Assembly (NCBI GenBank): GCA_051047955.1
Contig: JBPGPT010000009.1
Coordinates: 372,001 to 436,000, forward strand
Source of the DNA: Cystobasidiomycetes sp. EMM_F5
Lineage: Eukaryota
Direction: 5' to 3'
Length of the DNA: 64,000 bases
Of the stretch, positions 39,275 through 51,795 are shown one piece after another (positions within the stretch are counted from its first letter, which is position 1; the number at the start of each line of letters is the position of its first letter). Below the pieces are notes generated by a model. The model was not told the origin of the DNA, did not search any database, and was given only the letters and a program-made list of their open reading frames with translations. Both the position numbers and the translations under genes were made by a program.

Positions 39275-39302
39275 TCGCGTCTTGGGAAATAAACACACGC
39301 GT
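39275..39302. promoter_or_regulatory. MCB (MluI cell-cycle box) elements upstream of POL1
   Basis: ACGCGT at 39297-39302 and ACGCGA (minus strand) at 39275-39280, 75-100 bp upstream of the POL1 ATG; fungal DNA-synthesis genes are typical MBF targets. Confidence 0.55.
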
Positions 39303-39441
39303 AAAAGAGCGATCGACTCAAAGTGTACAGTCGCAAGAGCAATACTTGGAAAGAGGCAGTCTATGGCACTGAAACTGATCGCACTGCACTCTCTAATGCT
39401 ACTGGATAACGACTGAATTAAAAAGAACCATGCAAGCTGGA

Positions 39442-40597
39442 CTATGACCGACGGTGAACCCTGTTGAGCTCTTCAACAGTAGCATGGCCATCGACGACGT
39501 CTTTGACTGTCGCCTTGACTTCTGTGAATGACTGGAATGGGACATATGGCACGTTCCGCTGGTCGCAGTACTTTGACAGGTCGTTTGATCCGCCTGGGAC
39601 AATTTTCACGAAAAGAAGGTCTGATTCGCCTGCAGCAGACCTACGCCATAAATGCCGGCATCAGCCGTGTACACAGATGCCCATTGAAGACAACTTACAT
39701 ATCGCTGACGCCATCACCGCAAAAGAAGATGGTAGGGCGCGAGCCTGCAGGCAATTGCGAGTATTCGCGCAGCGCTTTCGACTTGTCGTGCCCGAATCCG
39801 CTCTCTGGGTGCCGGTAGACAATCTCAAACGTGCCATCCGGAGCTACCTTGGCTTCATTCGCAACAATGTCTAACCGAGCAGCATCCTCTTCGCCAAGCA
39901 GATTTTCCAGTATGCTCCGAATGATGGGTACCATGCCTGACGAGACAATCACAACGGGCACATTGGCTTCCTTTGCCCAGTCTGGAATCATCGTATGAGT
40001 GACTGTAATGCGACACGGTCATCTATGAATAGACCCACCAAAAAAGTCCTTGAAACCTGGATCCAGGATGATTGCTGAATGGTAGTGCTGGAATGAGCAT
40101 AGGCGGACTAATATGTACAGCGATGCCCTCACCCTTTTTCAAAATCTTCTGGCAATCCTCAAAAGAAGTGCCGCTATCAGACACGCTCTTGAGCATTTCG
40201 TGAAATGCGTCACGAAACGTGGTCTTTCCGCTGAGAATATCGACATTGCCAGCTCGTCGTTTCTCGCGGCCATACCCGATGTTGTCAGTCATGCTGAGGG
40301 ATAGGTGTTGGGAGAGTCATTCTATTGACGCAGCCATGCAACACTTACTAGTCATTGCTATCCTAAATGCCCAAACAACAGTGTCAGTGGCAGCAGTCCG
40401 CTCTGAACAGCATTTCCGCCTACTTCGGTAGTGATTGTACCTTTGTTGGTTCACAACGCATTAGGTATCGTCCAACAACGAGCTACGTCTGTGGATTGCG
40501 CACCATCGAAATCCGAAAAGACGACAAAGGGGCATCCAGCATATTTAGGCAAGGACAGCGCAGCGGAGGCAGATACTCCGTTAATCGAGCCAGTCAT
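39442..40597 (-). CDS. HAD-superfamily phosphatase (Pyp1/YNL010W, MtnX-like)
   Basis: FSDFDG|TIT motif I, VIVSSGM motif II, FGHDKS, FFCGDGVSDM motif IV. Confidence 0.88.
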
Positions 40598-40931
40598 GGT
40601 GAGAAGTAGGGAAATATGGCCGCAATCGGTGCAAAAGCAAGCTGTAAAGGCAACCCTGGAGCACAAATATTTGGATTGCCGGAGTGGCGGCTGGAGTGAA
40701 CAGCTTTGGTGGTCGGACTTGCTCTTTACTCTTGATATGTACGCCATGCTCGCATATAATGATATTGCGCTTGTGCGCTTCTGAGCATGCAGGCTACTGG
40801 CACTTTCGGCTCAAACAGTCGCGGCTTTACTCTTGACGTCGTGAACCTTTCGGACAAGCCACTCCTTTACAGCAAACTCCGTAATGACCCATCAAGCACT
40901 GCATGCCTTCGGGGCGGCCAGCGCGGCAGAT

Positions 40932-42541
40932 ATGGCCATCAACATATCGCAGCGTCACCTAAACTACCACGACTCCGGACTCGTCGGGACCGGAGGAGCA
41001 ATGACGGTGAGCCGGAGAAAGTAGTCAGCAGTACAAGAGAGCTGACCTGTAACGACGTAGATTCTCCGCGCACTCTTTCACAACCCATACTCCTTCCGTA
41101 TCACTCTCTCGCATAATAATCTGGGCGATGACGGGACAGCCGCTCTTTGTGCCGGCATTGTAGACTTGCGCCGAAGGGGTCGAATGGTCGCAGACATTAA
41201 AGAGATCAATCTGTGTGAGCATGTCCCTGTCCATGCGAGATTGTCATTTTACAGTCTGAATGTGCCGAATCATCAGCTAGTAACAACCTCAGCGATAGAG
41301 GTCTAGACTCCATCATCCAATACCTCCTCCTACCGTCGCCATCTCCACAATCACTGCAGCCTACTGTACAGGAGCTGATCCTATCAAACAACGACATATC
41401 CTTGGCAGGTCCTACTTCCCATCTACTATCTACAGCCCTGTCACACCCTTCCTGCTCATTGCAATCATTGCATCTAACAAACAATATACGCATATCCCAG
41501 GATCCCATACACCTCCATAGCTTCTTCAAGCATCTCGAACCCGTCTCTCTAGTACAGCTTCAGATGAATGTCTGTAATCTAGGTCCGGCAGACGCGCTCA
41601 CTATTGCTCAATGGCTTGCTGATCCGAAAAGAGGTGGCAGGCTATCCCATTTCGAGCTAAATGCAAACGCTTTCGGTACCGATGCCCGTGGGACGAATCG
41701 CCTAGCAAAAGTAGTCTATGCCGGTCTCAATACCAGTTTGTTGCGTCTCGAGTTGGCGGCAAATGATCGCTCGACAGATGCGGACGGCCCGGTGCTAGAC
41801 GTCAACGTTGGACAACTATCGCTGTCACCATCACATCCAATTTCGAATGGTTCCGATGCGACTAAGCAGCAACTAGACGCCAATGCTTTCCTGCTAGGCG
41901 ATGAGTTACCCTATGCTACAATCAAGCCATACCTTGATAGTGCTCTCCTGCGCAATCGAGTCCTTCGTGATGCAACGCAGCACACTGCGCTCCAGCTCTT
42001 GCCCAGAGCAAGGGTACTGCTACATGTTCGAATTCGGTCGATAAACACGGCTCAGATCAAGGAACAGGTATCTGGTGTCGAAGCAGCTTTCGACGATGCG
42101 GTAGCATGGGTCAAGAATATTGGAAGGAAAGCCTCAAAGCCGAAGCCGAACGTTACTGTCTACAAAGAGGCTCCAGATGGGAAGACACCTCCAATGCTGA
42201 AGCTACCGCCAGAAGTCATCATACACATCCTTCGCTGCCTCTCCGCATCTGACGGTATCCCATTGCCACCCCCGCCTGGACAAGCAAAGTCTTTCAACCC
42301 TACACAACCGTGTATGCCAATCATGGCCAGCGCGTTGAGCGAAGCCCAATTTACGAGAATCCTCACACTCGCTCGGGACAGAAGTACCCTGTTGGGGATG
42401 ACACAGCGATATCACAATGCCGGACAGCAGAAAGGACGGTCAAAGAAGGATAGCCGTGATCAAGGACGGTTAAGCTTGCACGATGCCGCAAGCTTTCTCA
42501 GAGTTGTGGCTTGCACAGACTACGAGAGACAAGCTACATAA
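40932..42541 (+). CDS. RNI-like leucine-rich repeat protein
   Basis: Repeats LSHNNLGDDG, LSSNNLSDRG, LSNNDISLAG, MNVCNLGPAD, LNANAFG; F-box-like KLPPEVIIHIL near the C-terminus. Confidence 0.75.
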
Positions 42542-42607
42542 CGATAGAATGGAGAATTATATACAGGCGATGCAGTATGTAGCGGGGCGCCTGCTCCAAC
42601 GACTATG

Positions 42608-45600
42608 CTAGCTCCGCCTTTCTGACCTTTCCAGCCATCCTACGCTCCATTCTCCTAGTTTCCGCTGACTAGGCGGGTGAATAAGGGTACTGCGCTCGAG
42701 AGTATCGCTCAATACTTTGCAGATGCGAGCAGGGAGGATATAATTCGAATACTCGGCCTTGCCAATCAACTGCTCGGCAGAAGAGTTATTCCAGCCTCCT
42801 GGTGCGACATGATACAGAATCTTGCAAGTGGTGATTGGGGACGCTAGTGAACTAGAGGAAATGCGCACAAAGGGGTTGAACAGCCATATGACCAGCCGTA
42901 TCGTGCTATTTTCGCGGTCTTCGACAATGAAGTGATGTGAGGCTTTGGCCAGCGATGTCTCGAGTAAATGTGCCGTCACGTGGGAGGACAGAGATTGCGA
43001 AGGCATCAGAGCCGATCTAGCGAGACATGCAACTCGGAAGCCATCCACCAAGACGAAGGAAGATTCACTCACATAGGTGGCTTGACTGCATACTTCCACA
43101 AGTACGTGAAGGAGGGTGGAGCTGTCGGAGTCACATCGGACCGCCCGACTCTCTCAAGGCACGCAGATCCGACCAGAGCGTTGCATAAACTACATCGTAC
43201 GAAGGCCCAGCGTCCTTCTGGTCGATCCACTGGCTAAAGGTATACGAGAAAAGAGCATATTAGATATTTCCTCGAGCTTAGCCATCACGACTGGGTTACT
43301 CTGGTCTGGAAGGTCTGTTTCGCAAGAGGAGATACAATCTAGGGACTCTAGTATCGGCGCAGCGCTTCGTGGCATGATGACATCTGCGCACTGCACAGGC
43401 GCTTACGTTGAGCTCCTGAGTTGTGCGCAGATTGCGAAGGCCGGCCTTCTAAAGAGCCCGGAGAAAGGGCGGATATGAAAGAGTGGTCTCAGGACTCATT
43501 ACTCACCTCGATGTCATGATCCGTTTTCAAACACATCGTATTGCAGGCATCCAGAATGACGCCGTCCGAGCGAAAAAGGGCTTGATCAGGACGCGGCCAG
43601 ATGTTGTTTCCTTTGGCAATTAGCTCTGCGGATAATGATTGATCTTGATGACACATCCATGCATCAAGGAGCTCTGCCCAATGTTCAGATGGCAGATCAT
43701 TGTATTTCGACACTCGGGACAAATCGGCCAGCTGAGCTGCACACTCCACGCACGCAAGCGTAGCCGGTCTGTGGGTTCGGAAATCCAGTGCAGAATATGG
43801 TGGTATGAATTCGAGGTCGCTTCGAATTCGAGTAGGCTGGGCCGCTTCCGAGGTTGGCAGCCGTAGCTCATAATGGTCATGCTTGAAAACGAGGTCCATT
43901 GATTTCGACTGCTTGACAAGCCTGGTGGCAGGCACTGCAAGCTTTATCGTTTGTAAATCTCCTCCTGTAGCTTCGCTGCGCAATTGCAATGTGGAGGCAT
44001 CAGCTAGAACCGCGGACCAGCTTTCTGAGGTACCGTTTGCCGGCAGGCCGTCTTGATGACTGTCGCCCGCATGCTTTTCCACCCATGCGCGTACGATTAG
44101 CGATGATAGATTACGCATCTCTTCTACTACCCAAGCTAGTTGCATCGGAGCTGGAGTTCGGGGAATCAGTCAGCGTACCAAAAGCAACATCAGTCGACTT
44201 ACGTTCACCATGAACTGAAGGGGGTCTTGAGGCAGAAGGGGATGTCCGGCTACGGCTTCGCGACATAGTAGACCCAAGCGCTTCTTTACTACCCGAGAGC
44301 AGCCGAGTGACCGAAAAGCGTTTCTTGACGGTATTGGACGCTTGCCCTTGCTGCTGTCCTTTGTCATGCGAGTGCCCGACTTGATCCGGCATTGTGTTAA
44401 AATCGCCGTCTAATGTGTGCGCACGGCCTCGCGAATTGCTCCGTCGCATGGCGCTGGCATCTTCTTCATTATCAAAGACATGAGCATGTGATCGTCGTTT
44501 CATGGATAACAAAGTAGGTTGGAGATTAGATTTTCCCGGATGCGATGTGCGGTTGTGCGTAAAGGAGGCGTCCTGAGATGTCAGCCTTCCTTTACCGACT
44601 TCGTCGAGTAATTGCTCCCTGAAAGCTCGCTCGTCTGCATCTAGAGCGGAGAATGAGCTGGTCTTGATGTCTGTATGGGCATCTTGGCGGTTACGTAGAC
44701 CCTCAGCAGCTAGGCGAGCTGTGGTGCGAGCGTCTGATATTGCTTTGCCATGTCGAGGAGTGAGTGATACGCGTTGGTCACTCATGGTTCTGCTAGCTGC
44801 TCTGTCGATCGAATCAAGGAGGGCATCCAGGCTTCGCTGCATATTCTCAGCTTGTCTCTCTTTTCCTGCCTTGGTCGAAGATCCATTGATGTGACCTAAA
44901 GTCTCGCTTGTACCAAGTACAGCTCTTTGCTCTTCTAGTCTGCCCTTGCTTAGTCGCTCGATAGCAGTACCAAGCTTGGCCAATTGCATTTCGCGTAGTT
45001 GCAGCCTGTCTATCTGTATTGACTTATTTGCTGAGCCGTTCAAGCTTCTCGAGATGGCTTCCACCCGTTGATTGGCGAGTTGTGGAGACGCGACGTGCAA
45101 TCTTTCAATGGCCGCGGTCATGCGGTCGAGATCGGATTGCATCTTTTCGTCTGAAGCGCTGACACGCCGTTGTTGCCGTCTCGGCGCTACGACATCGAAG
45201 TCGTCCGGATGCTCATCGAATCTCTCCGTAGGTTGCTTCTCGTCTAGACCCTCGTATTCGTACTCTGGCGGATCGAGCGAAGCATATTCAGGCAGGTGAT
45301 GGTGACTAGTGAAGATTGACGCATCAGACGCCATCGCAGGTGTCGGTCCAAAAAGATGGTAATCGATGCCGGTCCGCATATCCATAGACCGTAATGCGTT
45401 TGTATCACTGCTGTTTTCCGCGAGGACCATCGGTATCTTGTCGGCATTGGCGATGTCGCTGAGCAAGTCGTCCAGCCTTCCCCACAGCAAGTCCAATTCC
45501 GCCTCCTCTACCGCTCGTACGGCACTCAAGCTGCTTGAACTCTGCTGACTGTCCTGTCGCAACAATCGACTCGATTGTAAAGTTCTGGCGTGCTTTTGGA

Positions 45601-46497
45601 GAAGATGGTACGACTTGACTGTAGACAGATCATTCTGGCTAGTGAGCATGTCGCCTGCTGTGCTACTGCGGTCTTGCAGTTGTGAACAATCAGCATCCGC
45701 CAATCCCGGCGAATCCCTATATATCGCTTGCAGCCGGTCCGTACAACCCAAAACGGAGGAAAAAGATCGTATAAGTTGGCAGTCTGAGTCTGAAGCGTGA
45801 CTTGCAGCTAGCTGCAACGCGAGTATATCCGCTTTGCTGCGTAAGCTGCGAAGAGTCGAGCCATCGCCATCTGGAACAATCTGTTGCATATCCTCGTTGT
45901 TGTCTGCAAAGGGATTCGTGGTAGCATCACATGCTGCAACCAAATGATTCAAAAGAGCTTTGCGGGCGGTTAATTTGCTGTTTGTCGGTTCTTGAAGGGT
46001 AGCGGAGGTCGAAGCTTCTGCGGTCGTGCTGGTACTGGTACAGGGGGTGATTTGCAGCGGCAACGCTCTCTCTTGCTGATCCACATTGCACGTACGTAAT
46101 ATCAACTGATGAAACGCGTTGATGATGTCTGATTCAGCTGCCTCGAGATATTTAAGCAGTTCCTGCGCAAATGTTCGCCAAAGCCCCAGTGAGCCTCCTC
46201 GAAATCCAATCAGATACGACTAACGCGTACCTTTTGAGCAGTGCTGTCTCCACTTTGAGCATCCTGAGATGTGATGGCGGTTGATGCTAACACCTCCGGG
46301 ATGTGCGTCGTCTGCAGCGGATCATGTGGCCGTTGGATGTGAAGGGGCCTGGTCGTGGCCGGGGTGCTCGAGTGCTGTTGAAGCTGGTTCCAGCTTGACC
46401 ATGAAGGTGCTTCGGGTGCTGGCCCAAGATTCGACGGAGTCTGAGTGATTGCTGGCTGGAACTCGGGGTAACGACTCCGCTCGAGCTGGAGTTCCAT
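42608..46497 (-). CDS. IPA1: HECT-like (HECT_2) Ipa1/UBE3D protein with a long N-terminal extension
   Basis: CVECAAQL...DLPSEHWAELLDAWMCH, second CxxC (VRCSLCNALVG), LVIWLFNP, CKILY; the two overlapping ORFs are joined by a 52-nt GT-AG intron at 44151-44202; start approximate. Confidence 0.8.
43234..43506 (-). other. 273-nt structured intronic region in the IPA1/UBE3D gene (candidate cis-regulatory RNA)
   Basis: GTGAGT donor and CTTTAG acceptor; nested helices GAAGG/CCUUC, UUCGCAA/UUGCGAA, UCUGCGCAC/GUGCGCAGA and GAUAC/GUAUC. Confidence 0.55.
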
Positions 46498-47361
46498 TAT
46501 CCACGACTAGCCAGCCAGGACGGCATGGGGCATGTGCAGCAATATCGGTGGACTAGTGAGATTATACCCCCAGCCAGACTTGGTGTTTGTCTGCAATGCG
46601 GCAATGGGCAAGCCGTAGATTTTATGGCGCGCCGTTCCTGATGCAGCCGCACGCAGATCAAATACAAACACACAGTTTGTAGCTGAGCCTAAGAACAAGT
46701 TCATGCGACGATGCAACTAAATCTGCCTCATTCAGCTCCTCGCAAGCAAGCAACTCGTTACTTCACTTCCGCAGCCAATGGCTCTCAACATGGCTTCGGG
46801 GTTCGGCATCGCTTAGCTTGCAGTCTGTTTCCGTTTGATTTGCTTTGCTTTGAGCTTGTCTGACTGGCAGCGAGTCAACACGGCGTTCACTCGTATGGGA
46901 CGCAAACTTCTCTCCAAGGCCTCTTTATGGGTCCTCTAATTGTAATTCCACTTCGTCACCATTGTCTGACACTCGTTCTGGCGTGGATGCCTATACAAGC
47001 CGCCATCAGTACACTACTGGGAATTTGAGAAGTCGGTTGTAGAGATGGCTCCATAGAAGTCGTTTGTGTCGTTTCGCCAGTGTTCTTGTCGTCATATCGT
47101 TCGGGATCCGCAGGTCTAGAATGTCACCAAGGTCAAAGCGAGGCTGATCGTGGCCGTCCTGAACAATCCTCCTTTCCATGTTCATTGTGGACGCTTGCCG
47201 GTTTCCATAGGTTGATTCCGTCTCAGAGAACCCAGATCAAGTCGACCGTACGGGGATCTTGCAAATGGCGACTGGTCGAATACTAGACTGAGAGTGCGTC
47301 TCATACGTCCACTCCGAGTCGCCTAGTCAAAGCCTCGTCTTTCCAAGATATACGCCATGCC

Positions 47362-48675
47362 ATGACATCGGCCATACGTCGCACGCTGCCGGCCATTGCA
47401 GCTGCAATCCAGGACGAGAAGGATCCGCTGCTGCCGCTTCATCCAGAGAGCCGGGCACTGGTCGCCAGCAAGCAGCTCCGGAGACTTGCTCAGTTGTTAG
47501 GGAAAGAAGTGCATCTGCTCGACAGGATTCGGTACAAGCAGAAGAATCAGCACAAGTCGGCGACCTGGTGGAGACATGTCGCTGGGGCTTTCAAGGCAGC
47601 CAGATTGGTACACAACGAGCTGGATGGTCAGTTACTACACTGGTACACTCCTACGGCGACATCGTGAGCTAGTCTATACATATCCGCTGGACTTTGTTTG
47701 TTCGGCTAATGAATGTAATATCTCTACGGCGGCGCATCTAATGCCACGCTCTCACCGAAAGGTCTTCCATCGCATCAAATTCACTAATACGCTTATGTGA
47801 AACTTGCTTGCGTTTATTATTCTTGCTGGAAAATGTGGGTTGAATCTCCGGTCGCGTAATTAATACAAATTCTTACCTTGTCGGGCATCGCAGGCGCATA
47901 AAGCATATCACAAAGCAGCAGCGTGAGAGGTGAAAGCCACTCGTGCAGTACTAAGTATGCTGACGAAATTTGTCCTCGTCATACAACAGGGCCGTACAGC
48001 AATTACTACGCGCAGCCCTGTTCATGCCGCTGGCAATGACGCTCAAGACAATTCTAGCTCGCTTCCACACGCTCTCTACACTCCTTGAACAAGAAGTCGG
48101 AGGTGCACTGACGCTCTTACGAGATTCTGCTGCGAGAAGCGTAGGTTTACATCGATCCGACTTAGTCGCGCCTGCGCCAACACTCGCGTTTTCATGCTCA
48201 GCCAAATGCGTCGCTTCTCGATGACTTGCAAGCACGCATTACTAAACTCCCTAGACAGATGAGCAGATTCTACACACAGGCTCGAGCGAGAAAACGAGAA
48301 CGAGATAGAGTTCCCGCAGAACAGGCACAAAGTGGTTTGGGCACCACTAAGCCCACACGGACAGGCACACCGCTGTCATCCACTGCCGGCACGCCCCATC
48401 TAAAACTTCCACACACGGATGTAGCGGAAGATGACCCTTCGTCACTCTACTGGAAAGTCCAACAGGAAGAAACCCCGCCCTCCAGCCGTCCACGCAGCCT
48501 AGATTCGCAAGAAGTAGTTTCCGATGTCACGCAAATCGAATACGGGTCAAATCGCATTCAGCAGGAACCCACAATATCAAAAGAAGAACTCCCGCCGCCG
48601 GCTCCAAGATTGCGGAAAAAGCGAAAACCGATCAAGCCAAAGGACGACATTGATGATATCTTTGGTCAGATGTAG
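47362..48675 (+). CDS. RMP1: RNase MRP protein Rmp1/NEPRO-like
   Basis: LLDRIRYKQKNQHKSATWWRH, FMPLAMTLKTILARF, and C-terminal KKRKPIKPKDDIDDIFG. Confidence 0.7.
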
Positions 48676-48820
48676 CGACACGAAAGGGGTGTACCAGTAT
48701 AGAGCATACGGATTTGTTTGCGCATGAAAAGCTATCTCGTCTCGATGAAGGGTTCTGTATCACCGAGTTGTCTCTTTGGATTGTAAGGGCTGGTAGTTTG
48801 CCTGTATCGCTGACACGTAA

Positions 48821-50215
48821 TCACGCTATGGTCGTAAATTTCTGAGCCTCTCTTGGTCTCCTTGCCTCATATCCTTTGACTTCCTCCTCAACGCTCCCAA
48901 TCATCTGCTGCTGCGTAAAATTCGGGACGGTACGGACGAGGACCCAAGGTGCCGCAGCCTCCTTGGTCAAGAGTTGAAAGCACATATTTTCCACGACTCG
49001 TTTCGGCTTGTCGTGGCTGCCCGAGCCAGGTAAGATGCGCCCGTACTCATCGCGCAGGACGACACTCTGCATCGTATCGAAAACGATCACAGTCTGCACT
49101 ACTTCCTTCTTATCGGCGTTCTCTGACAGGCGTGTGCAGGCTTCCTTTATCGAGTTTATGGAATGAAAGCGCCAATCGCCTATTGCTCGTAATTGCCGCA
49201 ATTGTACAGCTGTCGCCCGAGTAGAGGCCTGGAGAGTATGCGACATCTGGTTTTTCAGATGTCGTGAATCGCCCCTGGCCAACACAAAGTAACGATGAGG
49301 ACATACGCAGGAATATTGGTCAAGACAAAATTATATCGATTCGTCAGCCGCGTCCGTTGGGGTTGTGGGTAGAATGTAGGGGCCCACGTCGCTTGAGCTT
49401 CACATAACGCCTTGTACAGCGGAAACAGCGTCTTTGTAATCACTTCTCTCCGCTTATTCCGGTTCTTGCCAATGAGATTTGCCCAGAACCCTCCCCACAC
49501 AGCTTTGCCGCTGCCATTGTAAGAGCATCGTGAGCACTACGGTTTTTTGAGACATGAGGCTTCCACAACAGCCTCACTTGTGTACTGATTGATACCAGTT
49601 GATGGTTCGACTAGCAGCGTAAGCTAGCCACTTTTCAATGCTATATCCATAAGAGACCTTTTTCGGCGGGACATAGAATGCTGTTGTGATACAACACGTA
49701 AGTCTTGCTGTCAGCAAATGCCAAATCCACTGCTGGCATCAAGAGGATATTTTGCTCACCGTAACATGCCGCTGGATCAAGCTTCATACCAGAAAAAGCC
49801 ATCAGTGCTCATCAATCAGAAAGGAAACGGCTTCCGTCAAACCCCGAGAAAGATAACGTACCTTCACTTCGCTACCAGCTCGTTTAGACTCTTCTCTAAC
49901 GGCCATGCTCTCCATCATTTTTTCCTCGTCTGTCTTTATTCTCGTCTGCTGCGTCGACAACAGCTTTGGCGATGTCGTCTTTCCGCCTTTCGTGACAGCA
50001 GCAGGTGTGGGAGTCGTACTGGATGTCATGTTGGTCTGCTGAATGTTGGCAGCAGCAGCCGACGGCGCTTCTCTGGTCGTTGCATAATTCCGATAGCTGG
50101 AGTGCAGATTGTAGACTTCTTTACGGCGAACAATGGACTGCGTTGCAAAGCGCTTGCATAGCCTGCTGCAAGTACCTAGATACGGCCGTGACGATGGTCC
50201 AATGAGCTGGTTCAT
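48821..50215 (-). CDS. Mitochondrial Tim44-like domain protein (Mba1/mL45-like)
   Basis: Arg-rich presequence-like N-terminus; LYKALCEAQATGDSRHL, VVQTVIVFDTMQSVVLRDEYGRIL, VVENMCFQ...PWVL. Confidence 0.65.
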
Positions 50216-50339
50216 GATGTGCGAGCGGACGAGTTGATCAGGATCCGATGTGAAGGTTCATTCAAGTACGGTGGATATAGTATGCTCTATACTTTTGACA
50301 AGGCTTACAATGCCTGTTGCTATCTTGCACATTCGAACT

Positions 50340-51795
50340 CTACAACTGCGCGTTCTCTCCAAAGTAGTGATTGTATGCTGCGCCGACCTGTTTGAGCATA
50401 TCGCTCGCCTGCATCGATCTTCCATTCTCCGCGAACGCTCTGTTTGAGCAGTATCTCGCAATACACGCACCGCCGTACGCTGCAAGTAACGGAAGTCGGT
50501 CTGTGGGAACGGGCGTCTCACCCTCTGGCCTTCCTACGCCTTCCTCGTAGTTTTTTGCCCAGCCGAGCAGGCAGCCGACAGAGCCAGACAGGACATCCCC
50601 TTGACCTCCAGACCGCTTTAGTCCTCCTGGAATATCACACTTCAACACTTCATTCCCGTTGGACATGATGTCCACCTGGCCTTTTTGGAGAATTGTAACG
50701 TTGCCCAGTGCGGTCGCCAGCTGTTTGGCGAGCGAATCTGGATCGCCTTTCGGATCGATTTTCTAGCAAGCACATCAGTACATTCTCGTGAGCTTGGACT
50801 TCGACCTTTTTAGCAAATTGAAAGAGCTCACCATCGTCTCGCACAATCTCGAGAATTCCACAACGTTTGGGGTGAGGACGGCTCTCTTGTAACCCTTGAT
50901 GATACTCGGGTCGGTACCAACGAGAAACAGCCCATCTGCATCGATGACAATGTACTGATTCTTTGCCTTTGCGAGCTCGATCGCCTGTCGCGCCGCATTC
51001 TGCATAAAGTCCTCTCTGCCCAGTCCAGGCCCGACGACGATAATGTGAAGCCGTGAAATGACACCGTCCAGATCCTCCTTGAGCTTTTCTTTCGAAGAGG
51101 ATTCTTTAATGAAGCGGTGCACGATGAGATCGGGAGTATAGCCTTTGATTACAGCTCCGGCATCCTCGTGGCAGATGACTGGAGAAGCAGGCAAGAGTGA
51201 TTGATAAGGAAAGTAGGCGTATCAGCAGGTCCAAAGATGATGTCGATGGCGTGTTGATATCGATGGAGACGACAACAAGGGCCAGCATACAGTGATGTGT
51301 TGTGACAAATATGAGATTGAACGAGATGAAGGAGTATAAATAATGGCGCAAACGTAAGCAAGCCATGCTGATAGCTAATGTGCAAAATGACCCTACCATG
51401 AGCCAGATCCGCGCCTAGTCTCATTGCCGAGAATGACGAAAAGTAGGGAGCTCCGGTATAGCTTAGATTGCGGATGGCGTCAGAAGTCCATCTGTGTAGT
51501 GAGTACTTGTGATAGACTTACTCTGGACTACCGCCTACGACGCCCACTCGTCCTGCGAAACACTCCCAGTTCAGACGTGCTCGAGATGCATCGAAAGCTG
51601 TAGAGTGAGGACCGCACCAGCCTGTCCTTTGTGGAGTCCTTCGCTGAGAGGTGGGATGAACCGCTTGACTGTATTAAGGAATATACAGGCGAAAGCCCGT
51701 CAGTATACTTCTATATACGTTGCTTCGCTCCGGTGCGAGTTTGTATAGTACCCACCCTCTTTGAGTAATGACTTTGCGCTCTGTGGAATAGACAT
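50340..51795 (-). CDS. NNR2: ATP-dependent (S)-NAD(P)H-hydrate dehydratase (NAXD/CARKD)
   Basis: [58 protein letters not shown]. Confidence 0.94.

Noticed and set aside
43440..43506. TPP riboswitch in the IPA1 intron (CTGAGA present on the minus strand)
   Set aside because: The rest of the TPP aptamer core (GAACUUGAU...UAAU...GCG) is absent, and the host gene is unrelated to thiamine
44111..44202. Programmed frameshift or pseudogene at the overlap of two minus-strand ORFs
   Set aside because: Explained by a canonical 52-nt GTAAGT...CTCCAG intron with a GCTGAC branch site
46500..47360. Possible RNase MRP RNA or other ncRNA upstream of RMP1
   Set aside because: No conserved P4 motifs or recognisable snRNA/tRNA signature seen by eye
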